64,000 bases of DNA from Negaprion brevirostris (Eukaryota), in assembly GCA_030324005.1 (NCBI GenBank), contig JARDVH010000073.1, forward strand, positions 41,085,677 to 41,149,676, read 5' to 3'. Positions 56,360-64,000 of this stretch are shown here, in pieces. The first letter of the stretch is position 1. Every line of letters begins with the position of its first letter. The translations under genes were made by a program, and so were the position numbers. The notes below the pieces were generated by a model. The model was not told where the DNA came from. It ran no database searches and saw nothing but the letters and a program-made list of their open reading frames with translations.

Positions 56360-57835
56360 AGGCAGCTTATGTAACAGTAAAGTCACTGGACTAGTAACCT
56401 AGAAGCCCAGGCAAATGCTCTGGGGATAAGAGTTAAAATATCACAGCAGCTGGTAGCATTTAATTAATCAGGAGTGGAATTTTGAAAAAGCTGGTTTCAA
56501 TAAAGGTCATCATAAAACCTCATTTAGTTCACTAATATCCTTTAGGGAAAGAAATCTGCTATCCAGAAATCTGGTCCGGTCTACATGTGGCTCCAGACCC
56601 CTAGCAATGGGGGTGACTCAACTCTGAAATGGCTGACCAAGACACTTAGTTGTGAGAAACTGTCACAAAGTCTAAAAAAGGAATGGAACCAGACAAACCA
56701 CTTAGCATTGACCGAAGTACTAGAAATAGATAACAGCACTGCCAACCCTGCAAAGTCCTCCTTACTAATATCTTAGGGCTCATGACAAAATTGGAGGTGG
56801 TGTCCTACAGACTAGTCAACACTCTTGACAGTCATACTCGTGGAATCATACCTTATAGGCAATGTCCCACATATCACCATCACCTGCCTTGGATATATCC
56901 CAGCAGGACAGACCCCCCCAAAGGGTGGTGGCATAGTGACATAAAGACAGAAAGGAGTTGCCCTAGCAATCCTCAACATCAACTCCAGACCCTATGAAAT
57001 CTCATGGCATCAGGTCAAACATGGTCAAGGAAACCACTTGCTCATTACATCTATCATCAGCTGATGAATAAGTACTCTGTTGAACACCAATTGGAGGAAA
57101 TACTGTGGGTGACAAGGGCATAGAATGTACTCTGGGTGGGATCTACAATGTCCAACACCAAGATTGGCTCAGTACTACCACTGCTAACTGAACTGGCCAA
57201 GCACTAAAGACACAGCTACTAGAATGGATCTGCAGCAGGTAGTGATGGAACCAAGAGGGAAAAAAACCTACAAATTCTCCATCCAATTAAGTATGGCAGG
57301 CAGGCTCTTGAGGGTGGAGTGTCCAATCAGAGGTCTTTAATCTTGAGAGGAGCAGCAGCCTGCAATGGAAGATAACTAAAATGGAGATATCTTCTTGAAC
57401 TTTTTAAAAATCTGTAATTTAAAAAATGGATTCAGCCACCATAATTGGTTGATCCCTCTCTGCAGAGCATCCTGCGGCTGCTCCTGCACCCAGGTAAACC
57501 AGGTAACAATCCTAGATGCATCTGTTCATGACAGTATTGATAGGAGTGATCAGTGCATGGTCCTTGTGGAGGCAAAGTTCCTTCTTCACATTAAGGGTAA
57601 CCTCCATCATATTGCATAGCATTATCACTGTGCTAAATAGGGAATATTTCAAACAAATCTAGCAACTCAAAACTAGGCATCCACAAGGTGCTGTGGGCCA
57701 TTAGCAGCCAGAGGATTATATTTATCCACAATCTATCAACTCATGGCATATCCTCCACTCTAACATTACCACCAAGCCAGGGGATCAACTCTAGTTCAAT
57801 GAAGAATGCAGGAGAGCAGACCAGGAGCACCAGCA
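56360..57835 (+). mobile_element. 5' part of an APE-endonuclease non-LTR element with a tRNA-like/SINE-like head
   Basis: head ...gtcactggactagtaacctagaagcccaggc..., then decayed endonuclease (KSSLL, SYRLV, NVLWVG..NVQHQDWL, DASVHDSIDRSDQCMVLVE). Confidence 0.7.
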
Positions 57836-58629
57836 AGAACCTGAGAATTCTGTCTGTTTTTTCCTTTTGCCTCTGATAAGTACAGAGTACCTCCTAAAGC
57901 ACCTCCCAGCTTTCCACCTACTTGGGTGAAGAAAGGACCTTCTGACTCTCACACACCTTCCTCTGCCACAGTAGAATTGGAATTAGGGTCTTAAGTGGCA
58001 AAAAATTGCCACCTTAAGGACCCAATAGATCTAAGGATTGGCAGGCTACTGGTACCTCACCCACCAAACACCCCCACCCTGCCCTATATTATAGAGACTG
58101 GATTGGGAGTGTATAGGGAAGTGGTGAGTTACTCACATCAGGTTTTACATGCACCCCATTTCCCACCAAAAATAGATCCATATTTCTTTTCTGTGATCCA
58201 TAAAACTAACAATTACCTTCAGTTTCCTTGTTGAAATATGTATAGGTTTGTTCCCCACTCTTGGGGCTAGGTAATCTCTCTGGGGCTCAGAAAACAGAAG
58301 TTGAGACAGTTTCTAAAACCCCCAGGAGAGAAAATAGTCATTAATTGGGATTTTCAAGGACAATCTATTAATTAGCATGGTGACAAATTCTCCATCCAAT
58401 TAAGTATGACAGGCAGGCTCTTGAGGGTGGAGTGTCCAATCAGAGGTCTGTAATCTTGAGAGGAGCAGCAGCCTGCAATGGAAGATAACTAAAATGGAGA
58501 CATCTTCTTGAACTTTTTAAACTTTGAACTTATTAAAAATCTGTAATTAAAAAAATGGATTCAGCCACCATAGTTGGTTGATCCCTCTCTGCAGAGCATC
58601 CTGCGGCTGCTCCTGCACCCAGGTAAACC
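57270..58629 (+). repeat. ~230-bp near-identical direct duplication (57270-57500 and 58383-58629)
   Basis: acaaattctccatccaattaagtatg...gctcctgcacccaggtaaacc occurs twice. Confidence 0.95.
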
Positions 58630-61600
58630 GTGAGAGCCTTTTCGCCTGCACTAAGTACAGCATCCTACCCTCCTCCTCCTCCTCCCTCAAGCCTATTGCC
58701 AGGTCACTTCCAAGCAATTACACTGATTCTGAATCTGAAGGCAAACTGGAAAATCCCAGTCCCAGTCAATGACCTGAATGAGCTACCCTGTGTGTGAGGA
58801 TGGGTAACCCTACTGGTCCCAGAACCCTCTTCCATAAAAGCACCTTTATGCTAGCTGGTGGGGATCATCATCTGCCTTTGATCCCAGTGGAAAATCCAGC
58901 CCATGGTCTTTTTTAAAGAAATTTCATATGGACTTCCTAGTTACTTGTGATGCTAAATCAAGTATCTCTTTTCTAGTGTGCCTGGCATACATGTGAAATC
59001 ATCATAGATCATTCCCTGCTCTATTCACTTGACTTTGTATTCATTGGCTCATACCATTATCCCTTCAATCAGGCTTCCTAGTTTAAATCATTGGCTGTTT
59101 GATCTGTTACATCTCGAGCTGAATGTGCTTCCTTGAGTCAGCTGATGTCTGTTTTTGAGGTATAGTCCTCAATTCCCCTTTTCTGTGATCTTTTCTGTCG
59201 ATCCTGAAATTGCTACAGCAGCACTTTTGTTCTACACCTATTTATAGCAATTCAGCGTGCTCTATTGTATAATGGGACTTGCACAGGAATGGTGTTGTAT
59301 CCTGACTCAATCGTGTGCTGTAATATTGTGATTCATACTGTAATGCTGTTGTACCACATTGTGATTCATGTCTTCAGTTTTATTGTACATCAGCCTTTAT
59401 TTGTGGGTTCTTTATCATAACATTGTCAAAATGGAAAAGCATATTTTGCATGATGCAATAAAAGCCAGACATGTGTGTCAGGGCCTGAGTTGGATCGATG
59501 TAAATATGGAATATGTTAATAGTCAACGCTGCAGTATACAGTATTCAATCACTTGTGCAATACATGATACTATTGGGTAGTCTTAGCTTGCCATTTTCTA
59601 AGGTATATCATTTATGTCCAACTGATTCTCAGAATGTACTAAGTTGCATTTAGTCACTATTTGCTGCCAGAAATAGTACACAGCTGCCCTTTGGTAGCGT
59701 ATCTTGAGGTGCTAAATGTGACACACCTCNNNNNNNNNNNNNNNNNNNNNNNNNNNNNNNNNNNNNNNNNNNNNNNNNNNNNNNNNNNNNNNNNNNNNNN
59801 NNNNNNNNNNNNNNNNNNNNNNNNNNNNNNNNNNNNNNNNNNNNNNNNNNNNNNNNNNNNNNNNNNNNNNNNNNNNNNNNNNNNNNNNNNNNNNNNNNNN
59901 NNNNNNNNNNNNNNNNNNNNNNNNNNNNNNNNNNNNNNNNNNNNNNNNNNNNNNCTACCCTTCTTTATCAACTTCTTTGTCAATCTTTGTTGACATTTAA
60001 ACCTCTCCCAATCCTCTTCTCGCCCACTACTGTTCTATCTGACTATCAACTCACTATCTGACTATGCCAGATATTACAGAGAAATAGCTGTGTCTTAGCT
60101 GAGCCCGTTAATTATATGAACATTTCTAATGCATACAGTTTGTGTTGATGGAATCTTGTATTTGGTTCTGTCATGTGCAAGATTCAGGTTGATATAATTT
60201 GGGGTTGAGTTTACCATTTCCTAAAATGGAACAGAGAAGTCTAAATAAGTATATGCCATTTGCATACATACCAACATTAGAACAGGAATAGGCCATTCAG
60301 TCCACTGAGCCAATTCTGCAATTAATGGTGGGGGTTGCCTGCCAACATTCGCCACAGATAAAAATGGCAATGCCAGCAGAATCCTGTGAGAAATCAGGAA
60401 CGACAGTCTTGATGACGAGAACCCATTCTCAAATTTCTCTACCCTTTGTCAGTGACATAACAAAGTTCCCATCAAGAAAGGGCAGGAGCTGTATTTAAAT
60501 AAATTAACAGACTTAAAGGGCTTTCCCGCCATAAGCTCCCCCAGATACATCAATGAAATTTACAACAGGTATTGAAAAACGGAAAGTAGTCAAGGGGAGT
60601 CCACTGGGGATGCAAATGCGAGTATAGCCTGTGGGGGAAGAGGGAATATCTGGTCCACTGCCCCTTGGCAGTGCCAGGGTGGCAATGCCATAGCTGGCTC
60701 TGTGGGGACCCCCATTGCAGGGTCCCCCTTACGTGTGGGGTGGTTGCTGTGCTGCATGTGGGGTAAGGGGGGGTCCTTCATGTTTGTGGTGGTGGAAAGG
60801 AAGTATTGTTAAAACTGGTTTTAACATGGCACCACAATCTCTGTGGAGCCAGTATTGCTGGCCTCATCAGGCCCCACCCCCCAGTATGATGGAAGAAACC
60901 ATACTCCTGGATTTTGTGTGTGCAGAATGGCAAACATTCTGGAAAGAAAACTCAGCTGTGCAGCTGGAGAGCCGGGTGGAGAGACACACTTGTAACTATC
61001 AGCCAGTTCTAGCCAAATATTAAACAGAGTCTGTAAGTGTTTGGGCCTTATAGCTGGAGAGCTGCACACAGGTTTTCTCCCCCGCTAGCACTTGCAAAAT
61101 TCCATCCAGTGAGGTTTTTACTGAGCTGTATCTCAATTCCATCCATTTGTGGTTCTATATTCCTTAATATCCTTGGCTAGCAAAAATCTATGGATCTCAA
61201 ATTTAAAATTATTAATTAAACTAGCATCTACTTATTGTGGGAAAGTATTCTAAATTTCTACCAACCTTTCAGTGAAGTAGTGTTTTGTAACTTCTCTCCT
61301 GGATTTGAGCTTAAGGTTTGTCTTGAGAGGCTCTATATAAAAGCANNNNNNNNNNNNNNNNNNNNNNNNNNNNNNNNNNNNNNNNNNNNNNNNNNNNNNN
61401 NNNNNNNNNNNNNNNNNNNNNNNNNNNNNNNNNNNNNNNNNNNNNGCAGGATGTCGGGTATAGTATATTTGAACTGGGCCAGTTGGCTGAGTGTAGTAGG
61501 ACAATATTAAGGTAAATGATCTGGTGGTCTATTGAAAATTCAAATATCACTCAAGATTTTATTGAGAAACAAAACTTGTTATGGAATGTATAAATGGTTA

Positions 61601-62029
61601 ACATAAACAGAATCCATAACTTCAGTGTAAAAATTCAAGCTTTCCTGTGTGTGCATACATGCCCTGGGTTCCTTCGAAATGCATCACGAGTTTGGTGATT
61701 TGAATATTTGGATTTCCCATTTTAACTTTTCATGTTCGTTCCATATCAATAAAACAATGTTGAGACCAACTGCAGCTTAAGATACAAAGCCCACCTGACA
61801 CTTTGTTTACAGGCAAGCCAATTGAGTTGCCAATATTGTTGTAGAACCTTTTGCTAGTTATCTACAGCAAAAGGGATCTATTTGGAACCAAGGCCAGTGG
61901 ATTGTAGCAAATTAAAACTAAATTAGCTGATAATATTCCATACATTACTAATCAGCTTTACTGATTCCAATATATAAGAATATTGATCAGATAATAATAT
62001 CTCAGACTAGCTAAAGTGTTACATTAGTT

Positions 62030-62316
62030 GCTTGTCAAAGCTAAGACACTCAGTGCAGTACTGCTTGTGCTGACTTTCTAATGAGAAACACAATCCCCGT
62101 CTAACTGCTTAGGCTGATGCAAAAGATCCCATGACACATTTTGAAGAAGAGCAAGGGAGTTATCCCCAGTGGCCTCGCCAGTATTTATCCTGAACCAACA
62201 TAAAGAACAACAGATTATCTTATTGGTCCATTGCTCTCTATGGAGCATAAACTGGCTGCCATGTTTCCAATGTTACATCAGCGATTACAGTTATTGGCTG
62301 TAAAATGCATTGAGAC
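62030..62316 (+). mobile_element. DeuSINE (SacSINE1/AmnSINE1-like)
   Basis: gatgcaaaagatcccatgacacattttgaagaagagcaagggagttatccccagtggcctcgccagtatttatcc. Confidence 0.78.

Positions 62317-62339
<23 letters not shown>
62317..62339. repeat. (AT)n microsatellite
   Basis: about 11 AT units. Confidence 0.95.
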
Positions 62340-62347
<8 letters not shown>

Positions 62348-64000
62348 AAAGTCTTTCTTACTTTGTATGAATTTATTAATGGAAATGATATCTATTTTTA
62401 AAAATCAATAGAAAGGACCACCTTCTGCAAATTATTGAAGGGGCTGTGCTCGTATGTATGATCACTGCACCATTATGAGAATACCCAAAGAATAAAGGAT
62501 AAATAGCAATTTGTAAAGATAAAGACATTTTTGAATATTGTGGCACAGCCAATCATTTTAATTATACAGCCACCTTCATATCTATTTGATTGCTCTGTAT
62601 TTCATGAACAGTACTAAATGAGTAATTCAAGGAAAGCACTCTAAGTTAATGATTGAAAAAAAAGACATATTTGGAAAACAATAGCAGAATTTCATAAAAA
62701 AAGCAAGCTTAGCTGGTCTCAATTATATACACATGACTGTTGACAGATGGTGGGACGTGTAAACAGAAAATTGTACTTGAGTTCCCAAGACAAATTGCTC
62801 AATTCTACTAATAGACTTTTTGTAATGCTTTTATATTCTGAAACCCCAGTTTGAGAGAATTGGACACCGTTCCAGTTGTTCCTGGTATTGGAGGTGGGTT
62901 GTGAGATATACTTAAAATTTTACACACATTGGCATTGTACAACAACCCATATTTTCAACAAATACTTTGCATGTGTAAAACTTTAACATGTGAAGTAAAG
63001 TTCATTGGCATTCAGGAAACTAAAGATCTATAATTTCTCTTTGCCTTTCTAGAGTATCTGTACCGAGCAGGTTGAAACTAAATGAGCGTATCTATGTTTC
63101 ATTTTGTGGGTAAGCCAAAATAGTAAATTTTCATACCATCATCTAATTAAGCATTTATGAATTTTAGCATTCAAATATTAATTGTGCAGCACAGGTAGTG
63201 TTGCAACTGAAACCATATATCCTTATGACAGTATATCTTATATCCACAACTATGAATTATTTTTGAGTTTGACTAAAAATCTTCATTGGCATAACGATCC
63301 AAGTGTTGTAGGCACTTGATTACCAAGATCGTGGCAGCCAGTTCAAACACTTGACAAGTTGTTGTTCAAACTTCATAAGGTGAGCTTGCTTATCATTTGG
63401 GTGAATCTGCAACCCTCTCAGAGGAGAGGAAGAAAAGACCAACTTACTTTCACAGCTGATGAATTACCACTGATAGTAATATCTCGGTTACATTGACCTG
63501 GGTGTAATAGGAACATGCAAGATAGCAAATAGTATAATTATTAGGCATAATTGAAATATGAAACAATTCTACAATATAGTGTGCATGTATTAATTCAGTT
63601 TTAATACTGTACTGATAGGAAATTTAAAAACAAATTGTATATACATATTTTTCTTGTGCCAGTGATTGATAATATTAACAAAACTCCTCTATCATTTTCA
63701 ATTTAAACTGTAAAGTGTAGTATCAAGATGCAGACAAAATGTGCTAAAAATTCAACTGCTAATACAACTTAAGCAGGCTGCAGATCAGGTGATAGAAAAA
63801 AGTCTACAGAACAATATTTGAAACAAGAGTTTGTAAAATCAAGTTCTGAAAATTGGTGACTACAGACACCTTACAGAGGCATTGCCTGCAATATGGAGCA
63901 AGTGGGTTTTAAAATTCAAAGCACTCACCTACAGAACTGGTTATGTGGAATAAAAGGGAAAATGTCATGTATGCGTTTTCTAATTCCACTGTAAATGAGG

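Noticed and set aside
63311-63379. Plus-strand tag|...|gtgagc exon-like segment
   Set aside because: Unrecognised peptide, weak acceptor, no partner exons.

Overview
Eukaryotic (vertebrate) genomic DNA with assembly gaps. The HE1-like V-SINEs, DeuSINEs and abundant CR1 LINEs point to a shark or other cartilaginous fish. Two intron-containing genes for mitochondrial proteins lie on the minus strand. YARS2 (mitochondrial tyrosyl-tRNA synthetase) is complete: 5 coding exons, 55877->50228, 479 aa. About 4.5 kb downstream, in tandem, DNM1L (Drp1) runs from 45711 off the left edge, with 18 coding exons located here, including the 39-nt A-insert and 78-nt B-insert alternative exons. Introns are filled with CR1, Rex1/Babar-like and APE-type LINE fragments, SINEs, Harbinger-like MITEs and a tRNA-Lys(UUU) pseudogene. 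The most unusual structure is a family of Penelope-derived inverted-repeat elements (73 bp to 1.1 kb) with 12-13 bp target-site duplications and minimal hammerhead-ribozyme cores. In two copies the inversion junction maps to the predicted self-cleavage site. Also notable: a GC-AG intron in YARS2, an N246S-equivalent change in the Drp1 VVNRSQ motif, a 32-bp intronic hairpin, and an NRF1/ETS/ZNF143 promoter cluster. Repeat boundaries are approximate; exon boundaries were read from splice sites. Comparisons to human are from memory, not from a search.
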